The position numbers and the translations under genes were made by a program. From NCBI GenBank assembly GCA_020850835.1, contig JADZDX010000037.1:17044-81043 (forward strand): a stretch of DNA of 64,000 bases. Reading direction: 5' to 3'. This document shows positions 1 to 9,978 of the stretch, piece after piece. A model generated the notes under the pieces. The model ran no database searches. It saw nothing but the letters and a program-made list of their open reading frames with translations, and was not told the DNA's origin. This DNA is from Fimbriimonadaceae bacterium. Its GTDB lineage: Bacteria > Armatimonadota > Fimbriimonadia > Fimbriimonadales > Fimbriimonadaceae. Positions within the stretch are counted from its first letter, which is position 1, and each line of letters opens with the position of its first letter.

Positions 1-657
1 ACTTTATCCGGCATCACCGCCAGCCCCAGCGGGATCACCCCTGGCGGATCCACTCAACTTCAGTACAACATAAGTAGTACCGCCGATGTCAACAATGTGT
101 GGCTTATCGCCACGCTTAGTTTGAACGGTACTGGTCCAGCCGTTACCAATACCGGCAACCAAGTCCGCGTCAACCTTGATACAGGGTCGCAGAGCAAACA
201 ACGAACATTCGCCACTAGCTCTAGTCTTTCACCCGGTTCATATTCCGCTATTGGCGCCCTGCACTACGACCGTGATGGCTCCAACACCTTCAATGCGGGT
301 GACTTCCTTATGGCGGATGGATCGTTCCCCGGGGTTCTTTCCGTAACTGTTCCGGCAGATCCAACTACCATGAACGCATTCAATGCCACCGGACGAGCTG
401 GCACCACGGTCCAACTGCGGGGACTTCTGAGGGAACCGGACGGTACTCCAATCGGCGCTCAAATTGTCTCATTCACCGTAAATGGCATCGCGGCGGGATC
501 AGCGACGACGACTTCTCACGGGCTGGCTACGGTTGACTACTTGATCCCATCGGGTGAAGGCCCGGGATCGTTGCCGATCGTCGCCAGTTTCTCAGGTCAA
601 CCTCCATTCCAGGCAAGTAACGATAGTGCATCCCTCTTAGTGACTCGCCGCCCCTAG
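1..657 (+). CDS. Surface/secreted protein with bacterial Ig-like domain, C-terminal part (5' end lies outside the window)
   Basis: Frame 1 is open from nt 1 with no stop before the listed ORF at 97. The beta-rich sequence 'TVQLRGLLREPDGTPIGAQIVSFTVNGIAAGSATTTSHGLATVDYLIP' is typical of Big/invasin-like Ig folds. Confidence 0.5.
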   Translation, partial: TLSGITASPSGITPGGSTQLQYNISSTADVNNVWLIATLSLNGTGPAVTNTGNQVRVNLDTGSQSKQRTFATSSSLSPGSYSAIGALHYDRDGSNTFNAGDFLMADGSFPGVLSVTVPADPTTMNAFNATGRAGTTVQLRGLLREPDGTPIGAQIVSFTVNGIAAGSATTTSHGLATVDYLIPSGEGPGSLPIVASFSGQPPFQASNDSASLLVTRRP

Positions 658-675
658 CCGGTATTCTTTCGTATC

Positions 676-1137
676 GTGCTCAAATTCGAGGCCTTGGACG
701 CCGCGCACATCCCTGCTATCCTAGAGATTGAGGTTGCTTCTCAGGGGGCTCCTTGGTCGGAGCGGGCCTTCCAAAACGAGTTGGCGAACCCGCATTCCAT
801 CTTTCGGGTGGCTCTTCAAGGCAAAGAGTTGGTGGGTTATGGGGGCATCTGGACCATCGTGGACGAAGCCCATGTCACTACGATCACGATTGCTCCAAAG
901 ATGCGCGGTAAGGGTCTTGGCCAGAAGTTGATGATTGAACTCATTCGGTGTGCTATCTCCGCCGGGATGACGTGTTCCACCCTTGAAGTAAGGGCCAGCA
1001 ACGAGGCCGCGATCAAGCTCTATGAGCGTCTTGGCTACCACCGAGCTGCAGTCCGAAAGCGGTACTACCCGGATAACCATGAGGACGCCATCATCATGTG
1101 GCTCTATGAGCTAACCAACTGGGAGCCCCCTCGATGA
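676..1137 (+). CDS. rimI: Ribosomal-protein-alanine N-acetyltransferase (GNAT, RimI-like)
   Basis: 153 aa GNAT with 'RGKGLGQKLM' acetyl-CoA motif and 'YERLGY'. GTG start. ATGA overlap with tsaD, a conserved rimI-tsaD pairing. Confidence 0.8.
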   Translation: MLKFEALDAAHIPAILEIEVASQGAPWSERAFQNELANPHSIFRVALQGKELVGYGGIWTIVDEAHVTTITIAPKMRGKGLGQKLMIELIRCAISAGMTCSTLEVRASNEAAIKLYERLGYHRAAVRKRYYPDNHEDAIIMWLYELTNWEPPR

Positions 1138-2132
1138 ACTGGTTTAGCGGTTCGGTTCTAGGTATTGAGAGCAGTTGTGATGAGACCAGTGCGGCGGTCA
1201 CTGTTGACCAAATGGTTAAGGCGAATATTGTCAGTAGCCAAGCGGAACTTCACCGACAATGGGGGGGCGTCGTTCCCGAGGCAGCCAGTCGAGCCCATGT
1301 CGAAGCCATGCTTCCTGTGCTTGATTCGGCCCTCTGCGCGGCCGGCATATCGGCACCTGACGCCATCGCCGTAACAAACCGCCCTGGTCTTGTCGGAGCC
1401 CTCTCCGTCGGGGTCACTGCGGCAAAGGCGCTCGCTTTGACTTGGCAAATCCCACTCATCGGTGTTCATCATCTGGAAGGGCACATACTCTCAGTCTTGG
1501 CCGACAGGATCGAAGAGATTCAGTTTCCTCATCTCTGTTTGATCGTCAGTGGAGGCCATACGGAGCTTGTTCGCGTTCAAGAGCCAGGTAACTACCAGAT
1601 CCTCAGCGAGACCTTGGATGACGCGGCGGGCGAAGCCTTCGACAAGGGTGCGCGACTGCTTGGACTAGGCTATCCGGGTGGGGCAAAGATCCAAGAAGAA
1701 GCACTGGCCGGCGATCCCAACCGCTACAAACTCCCGATCGCAATCCCCAAGGATCCCTATCATTTCAGCTTTTCTGGCCTCAAGACGGCAGTATTGCGGC
1801 TCACCGAGCAGGAGGGCGATCATATTGTCATTGCCGATGCTGCGGCCTCATTGCAGAGAGTCATTGTTGAGGCCCTCGCGATCAAGGTTGAACAAGCGCT
1901 TGAAGCCTCGGGGCTCAAGACGCTCACGTTGGTCGGAGGTGTGGCTGCGAACCTCGCTTTGCGGTCCCGCCTTCAAGAAGTAGCCCAACAATACGGGGTT
2001 GCTTTCCATACTCCCGAACCAGCCCTGTGCACCGACAATGCGGCAATGATTGCGCTTGCTGGTTCCCTACGTCTGGCTCGTGGCGAGCGCGGCGATGCTT
2101 CCTTAGATTGTTCACTCAATCAGCGTCTTTAG
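1134..2132 (+). CDS. tsaD: tRNA N6-adenosine threonylcarbamoyltransferase TsaD (Kae1/Gcp family)
   Basis: 'VLGIESSCDETSAAV', 'GVHHLEGH' and 'SGGHTEL' are hallmark TsaD motifs. 332 aa. Confidence 0.92.
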   Translation: MNWFSGSVLGIESSCDETSAAVTVDQMVKANIVSSQAELHRQWGGVVPEAASRAHVEAMLPVLDSALCAAGISAPDAIAVTNRPGLVGALSVGVTAAKALALTWQIPLIGVHHLEGHILSVLADRIEEIQFPHLCLIVSGGHTELVRVQEPGNYQILSETLDDAAGEAFDKGARLLGLGYPGGAKIQEEALAGDPNRYKLPIAIPKDPYHFSFSGLKTAVLRLTEQEGDHIVIADAAASLQRVIVEALAIKVEQALEASGLKTLTLVGGVAANLALRSRLQEVAQQYGVAFHTPEPALCTDNAAMIALAGSLRLARGERGDASLDCSLNQRL

Positions 2133-2228
2133 ACTGCCAAGAAACAATCCCCTTCCCCAATACCAGGTTTGGGTCATGGTATGAACTCTTTAGGCATAAC
2201 CTACCATCTAACTAAGACGGACTGATCT

Positions 2229-3524
2229 ATGAGGGGACTTTTACGAACAACATTACTGCTCGGCGCACTTTCTACGACTCTGGCTTGGGGCCAGCCAATC
2301 CCGCCCGCACTCAGTAGCCGGCCTGGCGCCCAGTACACGATCTATCTTAACTTCGCTGGCTTCAATTACGATGGGACATGGGCTAACAAAACTCCAGGAA
2401 ATGTCCCAGCATTCACCTTGGATGGCGACGCAACCACGTTCAACAGCACGGAAATGCAGCGCATCCGGGAAACTTGGGCCAGTACGGCAGCGAAGTTTGT
2501 CGGATTCAACATCAATGTAACTACGGTGGACCCCTCACCGGCCGGACTCACCGACTCACAGCGCAAAACCTGGTACGACAACACGCAGTATCTCACCCAC
2601 ACCATCCTTGGCGGATCAAACTCGTGGTACGGCTCGGCAGGTGGAGTTTCATACGTCGGGATCGCCCAACAAGCAACCACCTCAAACGGCATGCGGACCA
2701 ACTGGGTCTTCCCTGCTGGAGGCTCCGGCAATACGGCGAAATCCATGAGCGTGGTGGCTTCCCACGAGGACGGTCATCACCTAGGCTTGCCCCACCAGCA
2801 CGACGAGAATAGTGGTGCCGAGTACAGCAGTAATGGCGGCGCCAATGGTGACGGTAGCTATGCGCCAATTATGGGTGTGGCTTACAGCTCTCAGCGCGCA
2901 ACGTGGCGCCAGGGCATGGCTGGAACGAATGTCAACGACGTCACCGTCCTCCTGAACAACCTGAACATCGGCCCCATCATTGACGACGGAATTGGCCACA
3001 CGATGGCCAGCGCGACCCCGATGTCGGTGCTTGCAAACGGCAATTCAAACCCAGGGCAACATCGAGGGTGGATCATGCCGAAGGCCGAAACTGGCTATGC
3101 GGCTGAGGGGGCAAATGCCTATACCAAGGATTACTTCAAGTTCCGATCATTGGGTGGCCTCGTCACCCTTTCGGCCAATGACGGCACCTCCTACCTAGCC
3201 GCCGATATCGCGGATATCGGCGCTACCATGCGCAGTTCCCTGCGGATCTTCGACTCTGGCGGAAGCCTAGTCGGTGTCGCTACCGAAAGCGCAAGCACAC
3301 TCGTTCACACTTGGTCAGGCAATTTAGCCTCGGGTGAGTACTTTGCCGAAGTAACAAGCGTCGGCGCCTACACTTCGACCTACGAGCCGAACAGCCGCTA
3401 CTTCAATATGGGCGCCTACTTCCTAAAAGGCTCAGGCCTTGCTCCTGTTCCTGAGCCAGCTTCCATGAGCTTCTTAGTTCTGGCGATTGGCGGCCTGCTG
3501 GCACGTCGACGTAAGTCGCAGTAA
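2229..3524 (+). CDS. Secreted metzincin-type zinc metalloprotease with C-terminal PEP-CTERM sorting signal
   Basis: Signal peptide 'LLLGALSTTLAWGQ'. Zinc motif 'HEDGHHLGLPH' (HExxHxxGxxH). C-terminus 'PVPEPASMSFLVLAIGGLLARRRKSQ' reads as PEP motif, TM helix and basic tail. Confidence 0.7.
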   Translation: MRGLLRTTLLLGALSTTLAWGQPIPPALSSRPGAQYTIYLNFAGFNYDGTWANKTPGNVPAFTLDGDATTFNSTEMQRIRETWASTAAKFVGFNINVTTVDPSPAGLTDSQRKTWYDNTQYLTHTILGGSNSWYGSAGGVSYVGIAQQATTSNGMRTNWVFPAGGSGNTAKSMSVVASHEDGHHLGLPHQHDENSGAEYSSNGGANGDGSYAPIMGVAYSSQRATWRQGMAGTNVNDVTVLLNNLNIGPIIDDGIGHTMASATPMSVLANGNSNPGQHRGWIMPKAETGYAAEGANAYTKDYFKFRSLGGLVTLSANDGTSYLAADIADIGATMRSSLRIFDSGGSLVGVATESASTLVHTWSGNLASGEYFAEVTSVGAYTSTYEPNSRYFNMGAYFLKGSGLAPVPEPASMSFLVLAIGGLLARRRKSQ

Positions 3525-3533
3525 ATTTGATTC

Positions 3534-3567
3534 ATAGAGCCCGCTGAGACGTCTCGGTGGGCTCTAT
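3534..3567. terminator. Long imperfect palindrome between convergent genes (probable bidirectional terminator)
   Basis: 'atagagcccgctgagac/gtctcggtgggctctat' forms a ~16 bp stem followed by a T-rich stretch. It lies between the metalloprotease stop (3524) and the glyA stop (3608). Confidence 0.5.
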
Positions 3568-3607
3568 TCTATTCCCAGCGAAAGGGCCATCGCAACATCG
3601 CATCTTC

Positions 3608-4864
3608 CTACACGTTGTGAATCGGAAAGCGCTTGGTGAGCTCAACGACTTCCCTCTTCACGACCTCCAGATTCGCGGTGTCTTCAGGGTTCTTGAGGCA
3701 CCGTGCGATGAGTCTTGCGATGATCGCCATTTCTGCTTCCTTCATGCCACGGGTGGTGACGGCGGGGGTGCCAAGGCGGATACCACTCGTGACGAACGGC
3801 TTCTCTGGATCGTTGGGAATGCTGTTCTTGTTGGTGGTGATATTGGCTTCATCTAAGGCGATCTGCGCCACCTTGCCGGTGATTCCATAGGGCCGGAGGT
3901 CCACGAGCATGAGGTGGCTGTCGGTGCCACCACTGACGATGCGGAACCCTTCGCCGATCATGGCCCCAGCCAGGGCCTGAGAATTCTTCTTGATCTGGGC
4001 TTGATAGCTCTTGAAACCCGGCTGCAAGGCTTCGCCGAAGCAGACGGCCTTACCGGCAATGACGTGCATTAGAGGGCCGCCTTGGATGCCCGGGAAAACG
4101 CTCATGTTGATTGGCTTGGTCAGATCCTCGTTGTTCCAGAGGATCATTCCGCCGCGTGGTCCACGGATTGACTTGTGGGTTGTGCTCGTGACGACGTCGC
4201 AGTGAGGGACTGGGTTGGGGTACTCGCCCGCCGCGATGAGACCACTATAATGGGCCATATCGCACATGTGGAGAGCGCCTACCTCGTCTGCGATCCTGCG
4301 GATTTGGGCGAAATCGAAGACCCTTGAGTAGGCGGTGGCGCCGCTCACAATAATCTTTGGCTTACTCGCCTGGGCAACCTTGCGCATCTCATCGTAGTTG
4401 ATCGTTTCGGACTCAGGGTCAACACCGTAGGCTGCCACGTTGTACATCTGACCGGTGAAGTTCACGGGCGAGCCGTGGGTGAGGTGCCCGCCGTGGGCGA
4501 GGTTCATCGCCATGAGCGTGTCGCCAGGTTTGAGGAAGGCGAAGTACACCGCCATGTTGGCTTGCGCACCGCTGTGGGGCTGGACATTGGCGAAGTTAGA
4601 GCCATAAAGCTGCTTAACCCGATCAATCGCGAGGTACTCAACCTCGTCCACGACCTCGCAACCGCCATAATAGCGTTTCCCGGGGTAGCCCTCGGCGTAC
4701 TTGTCTTGGAGTACGCTCATCATCGCCTGACGAACAGCAAGGCTGGCAATGTTCTCACTGGCAATCAGCTCAAGATTGTGTTCTTGGCGATCTTGCTCGC
4801 GCCGAATAATATCAAAAACCGCTGGGTCAGCCTCAGCGAGCGGGATGCGATGCGGGTGGGCCAT
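3608..4864 (-). CDS. glyA: Serine hydroxymethyltransferase
   Basis: 418 aa with 'LELIASENI', '[10 protein letters not shown]' and '[16 protein letters not shown]' (PLP-lysine motif). Confidence 0.95.
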   Translation of the reverse strand: MAHPHRIPLAEADPAVFDIIRREQDRQEHNLELIASENIASLAVRQAMMSVLQDKYAEGYPGKRYYGGCEVVDEVEYLAIDRVKQLYGSNFANVQPHSGAQANMAVYFAFLKPGDTLMAMNLAHGGHLTHGSPVNFTGQMYNVAAYGVDPESETINYDEMRKVAQASKPKIIVSGATAYSRVFDFAQIRRIADEVGALHMCDMAHYSGLIAAGEYPNPVPHCDVVTSTTHKSIRGPRGGMILWNNEDLTKPINMSVFPGIQGGPLMHVIAGKAVCFGEALQPGFKSYQAQIKKNSQALAGAMIGEGFRIVSGGTDSHLMLVDLRPYGITGKVAQIALDEANITTNKNSIPNDPEKPFVTSGIRLGTPAVTTRGMKEAEMAIIARLIARCLKNPEDTANLEVVKREVVELTKRFPIHNV

Positions 4865-4873
4865 GCCCTGATT

Positions 4874-6940
4874 CTACTGCACCTGGAATGAGTAGAGCGC
4901 CTGGCCACCGGGTTCACCGTTTCCAGTTGGTAGCGTACCGCTATACTCTCCATCCAGCTTCCGGTTACCGGACGCAGACCGTACTTCATCACTCACGGCC
5001 ACGGTGTAGGTTCCTCTTGTGAGTGGCCTTGGCGTTGTAAGCGTTACGGTCTTCGTGGACGAGTTATATGAATAGGTGAACGGGACGAGAACGGTCGCTG
5101 GGCGGGAGCCAGTCTTGGGGCTACTTTTGGTCAATGTGAACTGGGCGGCGTTTGCAGTCACCGCCGTTTGAAACGTCAGCTTGATCTGGTTTGTGTTGGC
5201 GGGGATAGTCGCACTGGGAGCAGGCGTCGCCTCCACGACGACCGGACCACCTTCAACGAAGTTAGTTCCGGTGACACCACCGTTCAATGTCCAGACATCC
5301 TCGTCAAAAGTGCAGTCGGTCGCAGTGCCAGACAAGGGAATGACGAAGTTCTCCACCAGCGCGTCAGAGAAGATACTCTTGAACTGCTTTACTCCGCCGA
5401 CTGTAGGCCGGATGTCAATTGGCAGGGCGAAGGTTCCGTAGGACGAGCTTTGCGTTTGCTTTACGTACACTTGGAGGTAGTTCTTGCCGTTGGCGGTGGT
5501 GGTTTGCCAGTTCCATTGGTACTGAGGCACCCCACCTCCATAAACGGTCTTGTTGAAAAACCAGTGGAGATCCTTGCCATAGACCGATTCACAGACGGCA
5601 ATGAAGTCCTCCGTTGTGGCTGTTTTATAAGCGTAGATTCCGCGGTACTGGGCTAGGGCAGCAAAGAACTGGCTATCCCCCATGATATGCCGAAGCTGAT
5701 GCAAGACCCAAGCCGCTTTGTTGTAGGTGTAATTGCCGCTGAAGATTCGATTCGGGTCGGTGATGTTGGAGCAATAGACGGTACTGCTTGTCTGCGAGGG
5801 TCGATTGGCGTTCATTTCCGCCTTGTATGCGTTAAAGCCGCCCCCCGCCTTGTTTTCTTCCCAGATGGCCTCTGAGTAAGTCGCGAAACCCTCGTTCAGC
5901 CAGATATCGTGCCACGTTGCGCACGTGATCATGTCCCCCCACCAATGATGCGCGAGTTCGTGAGCCACAACTGACTCCCAGAATCCGCCCATGCCGGTGC
6001 AGGTCTGATGCTCCATCCCCCCGCCGAATGTGAAGTTGTACATGCTGTACTTCTCATCCTTGAAGGGATAGGTGCCATACGCCGTGTTGTAGACGGTCAT
6101 CATTTGCTGGGCCTTATTCCAGCTATTCCGGTTGCCGGCAGTGTCCCAATCAGACCATATCCAATACTGAATGGGCATGCTCTGACCCGAAAAGTCGTAG
6201 GGTGTTGTCCAAGTGTTGTAGGCCGAAACAGCAAACGCGGCAAGGTATGGCGCCATCGGATAGCCAGTATGCCAAGTGTAGCGAACAGTTCCGCCCCCCA
6301 TTGGGACAACATCCTGCAAGGAGCCATTCGACACAGCGGTCAGCCCAGTCGGGACAGTGATGTTGATATCAAAGGTCGCCTTGTCCGTGTTATCGTCCTT
6401 GTTCGGCCACCATGTATAGGCGTACCAAGGCTCGCTCAGGGTGAAGGCATAAGGGCCGGTAATGGGTCTCGTTCCAAAAGCGATCGAACCAAAGAATGCC
6501 GAAACGGCGGGGCCGCTGTAAGGAATGTTCAGCGTAAAAGTCTGCCCCACCGCATAAGGTTGATCAAAGTTTGCTACGCAAGTCGTTGAGTCTAGGCGTG
6601 TAACCGTAATATTGCGACCATCTAGGGTCACCTGCCCAATCGTAAAGCTATCGCTGAGTCTGAAGGTGAACTCGGTAAGGGCAACGCTCTTGCTTTCAGC
6701 TTCAATTTGGGTGCTAGCGACTATATTTGTGCTGGGCGGATTAAGAGAGAAGTTGAGCGTGTAATGTGTGGCATCCGTGTCCGAAGCGCCTTCAAGAGTT
6801 GTCTGCAAATTCGGTCTGATCCCAAACTTGGCGGCCTTCTTCCCAAAAATCAGGTGACCGCATCCGGGCTCCGGCTCTGCGTATCCCAACGCGGCAAGCA
6901 ACGAAACGATCGGCAGTAGCAAAGCGGTCTTCATCAGCAT
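4874..6940 (-). CDS. Secreted M1-family zinc aminopeptidase with C-terminal Ig-like/beta domain
   Basis: Signal peptide, 'GGGMEHQT' (GAMEN-like exopeptidase motif), 'HELAHHWWGD' plus 'WLNEGFATY' (HExxH-18-E). Lies 9 nt upstream of glyA. Confidence 0.85.
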   Translation of the reverse strand: MLMKTALLLPIVSLLAALGYAEPEPGCGHLIFGKKAAKFGIRPNLQTTLEGASDTDATHYTLNFSLNPPSTNIVASTQIEAESKSVALTEFTFRLSDSFTIGQVTLDGRNITVTRLDSTTCVANFDQPYAVGQTFTLNIPYSGPAVSAFFGSIAFGTRPITGPYAFTLSEPWYAYTWWPNKDDNTDKATFDINITVPTGLTAVSNGSLQDVVPMGGGTVRYTWHTGYPMAPYLAAFAVSAYNTWTTPYDFSGQSMPIQYWIWSDWDTAGNRNSWNKAQQMMTVYNTAYGTYPFKDEKYSMYNFTFGGGMEHQTCTGMGGFWESVVAHELAHHWWGDMITCATWHDIWLNEGFATYSEAIWEENKAGGGFNAYKAEMNANRPSQTSSTVYCSNITDPNRIFSGNYTYNKAAWVLHQLRHIMGDSQFFAALAQYRGIYAYKTATTEDFIAVCESVYGKDLHWFFNKTVYGGGVPQYQWNWQTTTANGKNYLQVYVKQTQSSSYGTFALPIDIRPTVGGVKQFKSIFSDALVENFVIPLSGTATDCTFDEDVWTLNGGVTGTNFVEGGPVVVEATPAPSATIPANTNQIKLTFQTAVTANAAQFTLTKSSPKTGSRPATVLVPFTYSYNSSTKTVTLTTPRPLTRGTYTVAVSDEVRSASGNRKLDGEYSGTLPTGNGEPGGQALYSFQVQ

Positions 6941-6943
6941 CTC

Positions 6944-6971
6944 ATTTTACGACGAAAGGAATAAGATTCAA
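6944..6971 (-). promoter_or_regulatory. Candidate sigma70-like promoter for the peptidase-glyA unit
   Basis: Minus strand reads TTGAAT, a 16-nt spacer, TAAAAT, then 'gag' and the ATG. These AT-rich hexamers stand out in a GC-richer context, and no Shine-Dalgarno fits between them and the ATG. Confidence 0.3.
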
Positions 6972-7052
6972 AGGTCCTTACGGAGCAGAACACTTCGGAA
7001 GAGGCAATTGCGGGTAACGATCGTTCATTTCACCCTTGCGCGGGTTGTTCAC

Positions 7053-7089
7053 AAAACGAATGCGCGTACCCAATTGGGGTACGCGCATT
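7053..7089 (-). terminator. Rho-independent terminator downstream of rpmE
   Basis: Minus strand: 13-bp stem 'AATGCGCGTACCC/GGGTACGCGCATT' with a 5-nt loop, followed by 'CGTTTTG'. Confidence 0.6.
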
Positions 7090-7106
7090 AACAACAAACC
7101 AAGCCC

Positions 7107-7352
7107 TTACTTCTTGACTTGGTTGCCGTAACGGCGCATGAACTTCTCAACACGGCCCGCCGAGTCAACAATCTTCTTCTGGCCCGTATAGAACGGGTGG
7201 CTGAATGCACTGATATCCACGGGGACAACGTAATATTCAATCCCATCGATGCTGCGCGTCTCGTTGGTCTTCAACGTGGAGACGCCAGTCCACTCATGGT
7301 CGCCATCAACGAAGAGGACGGGGTGGGTTTGCGGATGAATATCAGCTTTCAT
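7107..7352 (-). CDS. rpmE: 50S ribosomal protein L31, type B (no CxxC zinc ribbon)
   Basis: 81 aa 'MKADIHPQ...[25 protein letters not shown]'. Lacks the paired cysteines of type A L31. Confidence 0.85.
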   Translation of the reverse strand: MKADIHPQTHPVLFVDGDHEWTGVSTLKTNETRSIDGIEYYVVPVDISAFSHPFYTGQKKIVDSAGRVEKFMRRYGNQVKK

Positions 7353-7410
7353 GATCGTAAAGTCGCGGTTGGCCCTAAATTATGGCGTATTTGGAGGGCC
7401 GATTGCAAGA

Positions 7411-8814
7411 TCAGTACCGGTAGTGCTCAGTTTTGTAAGGTCCAGCAACGTCAACTCCAATATAGCTTGCTTGTTCGGGAGATAGCTCCGTCAGTTGCGC
7501 ATCGAGCTTCTTCAGTTGGAGACGAGCTACCTTCTCGTCCAGAATCTTCGGCAAGACGTAGACCCCTGGCCCATATTCACCCTTCTTGGTCCAAAGTTCA
7601 ATCTGGGCAAGGACTTGATTTGCAAAGCTACTGCTCATGACATAGCTCGGGTGACCGGTTGCACAGCCAAGATTCACAAGCCGTCCCTTCGCCAATAGGA
7701 TGATCCTCTTCCCGTCCGGGAAGATGACATGGTCTACCTGTGGTTTGATCTCCTCCCACTCAAAGCCCTCAATACTCGCGATGTCAATCTCATTGTCAAA
7801 GTGACCAATGTTGCAAACGATTGCCTGGTCCTTCATTTTCATGAGGTGGCTGCGGTTGATGACGTGGTAGTTACCCGTAGCGGTCACAAAGATGTCAGCT
7901 TTATCGGCCGCGTAATCCATGGTCACGACCTTGTAGCCCTCCATGGCGGCCTGCAGGGCGCAGATGGGATCGCATTCGGTCACCCACACCTGGGCACTCA
8001 GGGCTCGGAGAGCTTGAGCGCTTCCCTTGCCAACATCTCCATAGCCGCAGACGAGGGCGATTTTGCCCGCGATCATGACATCGGTAGCTCGCTTGATTCC
8101 GTCCACAAGGCTCTCGCGGCACCCATAGAGGTTATCGAATTTTGACTTGGTGACGCTGTCGTTGACATTGAACGCGGGGAATGGCAACTCTCCCTTCTTT
8201 TGCATCTCATATAAGCGGTGGACACCTGTCGTAGTCTCCTCGCTGACACCTTGAATATTGGCCTTGATTCGAGAATAGAACGTCGGATCTTGCCCAAGTT
8301 TCTTTTTGATGCTGGCAAACAAGGCGGTTTCTTCCTCACTGCCCGGGTTCTCGAGAAGGCTCGGGTCCAATTCAGCACGGCTGCCAAGGAGTACCAAGAG
8401 TGTGGCGTCCCCACCATCATCAAGAATCATATTTGGCGTACTGCCATCGTGCCATTCCATGAGGCGATGGGTGAAGTCCCAATACTCGTCGAGCGATTCG
8501 CCCTTATAGGCAAAGACGGGAACTCCGGCCTTGGCAATGGCGGCAGCGGCGTGGTCTTGCGTGCTGAATATGTTACAGCTGACCCAGCGGACTTCTGCTC
8601 CCAAAGCAACCAGTGTCTCAATTAGAACTGCAGTTTGGATCGTCATATGAAGCGACCCAGCGATCTTGGCTCCCTTCAGGGGTTGGGTCTTGGCGTATTC
8701 CTCACGAACGGCCATCAGGCCAGGCATTTCCGTTTCAGCGATCCGCATCTCACGTCGGCCCCAATCAGCGAGACCGAGATCGGCGACAAAGAAGTCAGTT
8801 TGTGTTGCTTGCAT
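7411..8814 (-). CDS. ahcY: Adenosylhomocysteinase
   Basis: '[25 protein letters not shown]' and NAD motif '[10 protein letters not shown]'. Start moved to the ATG at 8814, which has GGAGG 6 nt upstream. The 5' part of the listed ORF is the leader RNA. Confidence 0.95.
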   Translation of the reverse strand: MQATQTDFFVADLGLADWGRREMRIAETEMPGLMAVREEYAKTQPLKGAKIAGSLHMTIQTAVLIETLVALGAEVRWVSCNIFSTQDHAAAAIAKAGVPVFAYKGESLDEYWDFTHRLMEWHDGSTPNMILDDGGDATLLVLLGSRAELDPSLLENPGSEEETALFASIKKKLGQDPTFYSRIKANIQGVSEETTTGVHRLYEMQKKGELPFPAFNVNDSVTKSKFDNLYGCRESLVDGIKRATDVMIAGKIALVCGYGDVGKGSAQALRALSAQVWVTECDPICALQAAMEGYKVVTMDYAADKADIFVTATGNYHVINRSHLMKMKDQAIVCNIGHFDNEIDIASIEGFEWEEIKPQVDHVIFPDGKRIILLAKGRLVNLGCATGHPSYVMSSSFANQVLAQIELWTKKGEYGPGVYVLPKILDEKVARLQLKKLDAQLTELSPEQASYIGVDVAGPYKTEHYRY

Positions 8815-8859
8815 GTTATCCTCCGTGTCAGCAAGCAAAGGCGCCCGCTGACTTGGTTT

Positions 8860-8923
8860 CAGCGAGCGCCGTTCTTGGTTGCCGAGCCTGGTTCCTTTCG
8901 GGAATCGCAGCGCCCCTCGGCAC
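8860..8923 (-). promoter_or_regulatory. Candidate S-adenosylhomocysteine (SAH) riboswitch aptamer in the ahcY leader
   Basis: Minus strand reads 'GCCGAGGGGCGCUGCGA-UUCC-CGAAA-GGAA-CCAGGCUCGGCAACCAAGAACGGCGCUC'. This matches my recollection of the SAH motif (GAGGxGCGCUGC ... AGGCUCGG ... AACGGCGCUC) with a P1 GCCGAG/CUCGGC and a small internal hairpin. It lies directly upstream of ahcY, the usual regulated gene. Confidence 0.65.
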
Positions 8924-8946
8924 AATGATATTATGGCAGATTCTGG

Positions 8947-9978
8947 CTAGAGCTCCACTAGGTCTTCGGAAGTTTTCCTTCTCCATTCGCGAATAGACTC
9001 CAGCAGCTGAAGCGATATCTCCCGATGCGCCATTTGGATCTTCTGGATTCGTCGGTCTAGTTGTACGTATTGCCTGTGAAACTCTAAGCTGGCTTCCCTT
9101 TTTCCTCGGACATCGTAATGTGACAGGACTGCCTGGAAGCAGTACCGGGCGCGTTGGAACAGGTGGGCCCGCAGCGAGACTTCCGATGCTCGCAGATAGG
9201 CTTCGACCGCTTCATCCTGCTCGCCAGCTGCCATGAGAGTATCGGCAAGGTAACGAAGGTAGTAGCTTTCGTACCGGGTCTGTAGCTTGGCCTCCGCGAG
9301 GAGGGCAGCCCGGCGCAAAGGGGCAATGTGGTACTTGGGGTCCTCTAGTTTGGCCAAAGCGGCGGCCAAGCCCGCTTCTGCATATACCAGCTTCATGTCA
9401 CGATTGGGTTCGGTCGATGAGTCCCGGCATTGGCGAAAGGACTCAGCCGCCTCGGACCAATGCCCCATTTGGAGGTGGGCCAATCCATGCCAACCGTATA
9501 GTCGGGCGGTCCTTGTCCCGTGGCCAAGGCGGCTCTCATAACGACGAGCCTCGGCCCATGCCTCGTGCGCCTCTCCATCCCGGCCCATTCTAATAAAACC
9601 CATTCCGAGAAGCTCGTGGACAAAAGCGAGTTCAGCGGAGTTATCGCTTGGCGCTACTTTCTTGAAGTAATTTTCGAAAAGGTGGATCGCAATGTTGTGC
9701 TCACCCAATTCCCTTTGCAACAGCCCATGGACGAGCCAGAGGCGAGCCTGGTATTGCGCAGGGACGCTATCTGCGAGAAACAAGGCATCCTTGAAATGCT
9801 CAATCCCTTCGTCAAACTCGAGTTCTTGCGAGTGCGCAAAGGCTAGACCAACGTACCCATCAAATTGAGTTCGCAAGCTTTCGGACTCAAGTTCCTGCCA
9901 CCCCAGCTGTTTTGCGCGGGCAAAATCTCGATCACGGCAAGCCTGCCATGAGCATTTGTATTTCGATGCAGTTTTCAT
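8947..9978 (-). CDS. Tetratricopeptide-repeat (TPR) protein, function unknown
   Basis: 343 aa, all-helical, with recurring A/Y/L-rich 34-aa-like units. ATGA overlap with the upstream serine hydrolase. Confidence 0.55.
   Translation of the reverse strand: MKTASKYKCSWQACRDRDFARAKQLGWQELESESLRTQFDGYVGLAFAHSQELEFDEGIEHFKDALFLADSVPAQYQARLWLVHGLLQRELGEHNIAIHLFENYFKKVAPSDNSAELAFVHELLGMGFIRMGRDGEAHEAWAEARRYESRLGHGTRTARLYGWHGLAHLQMGHWSEAAESFRQCRDSSTEPNRDMKLVYAEAGLAAALAKLEDPKYHIAPLRRAALLAEAKLQTRYESYYLRYLADTLMAAGEQDEAVEAYLRASEVSLRAHLFQRARYCFQAVLSHYDVRGKREASLEFHRQYVQLDRRIQKIQMAHREISLQLLESIREWRRKTSEDLVEL

Noticed and set aside
7353-7410. Zur box controlling the zinc-independent L31 type B gene
   Set aside because: Type B L31 paralogues are often Zur-repressed. 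However, the 58-nt spacer after ahcY shows no AT-rich inverted repeat, and I cannot tell whether a type A copy exists in the genome.
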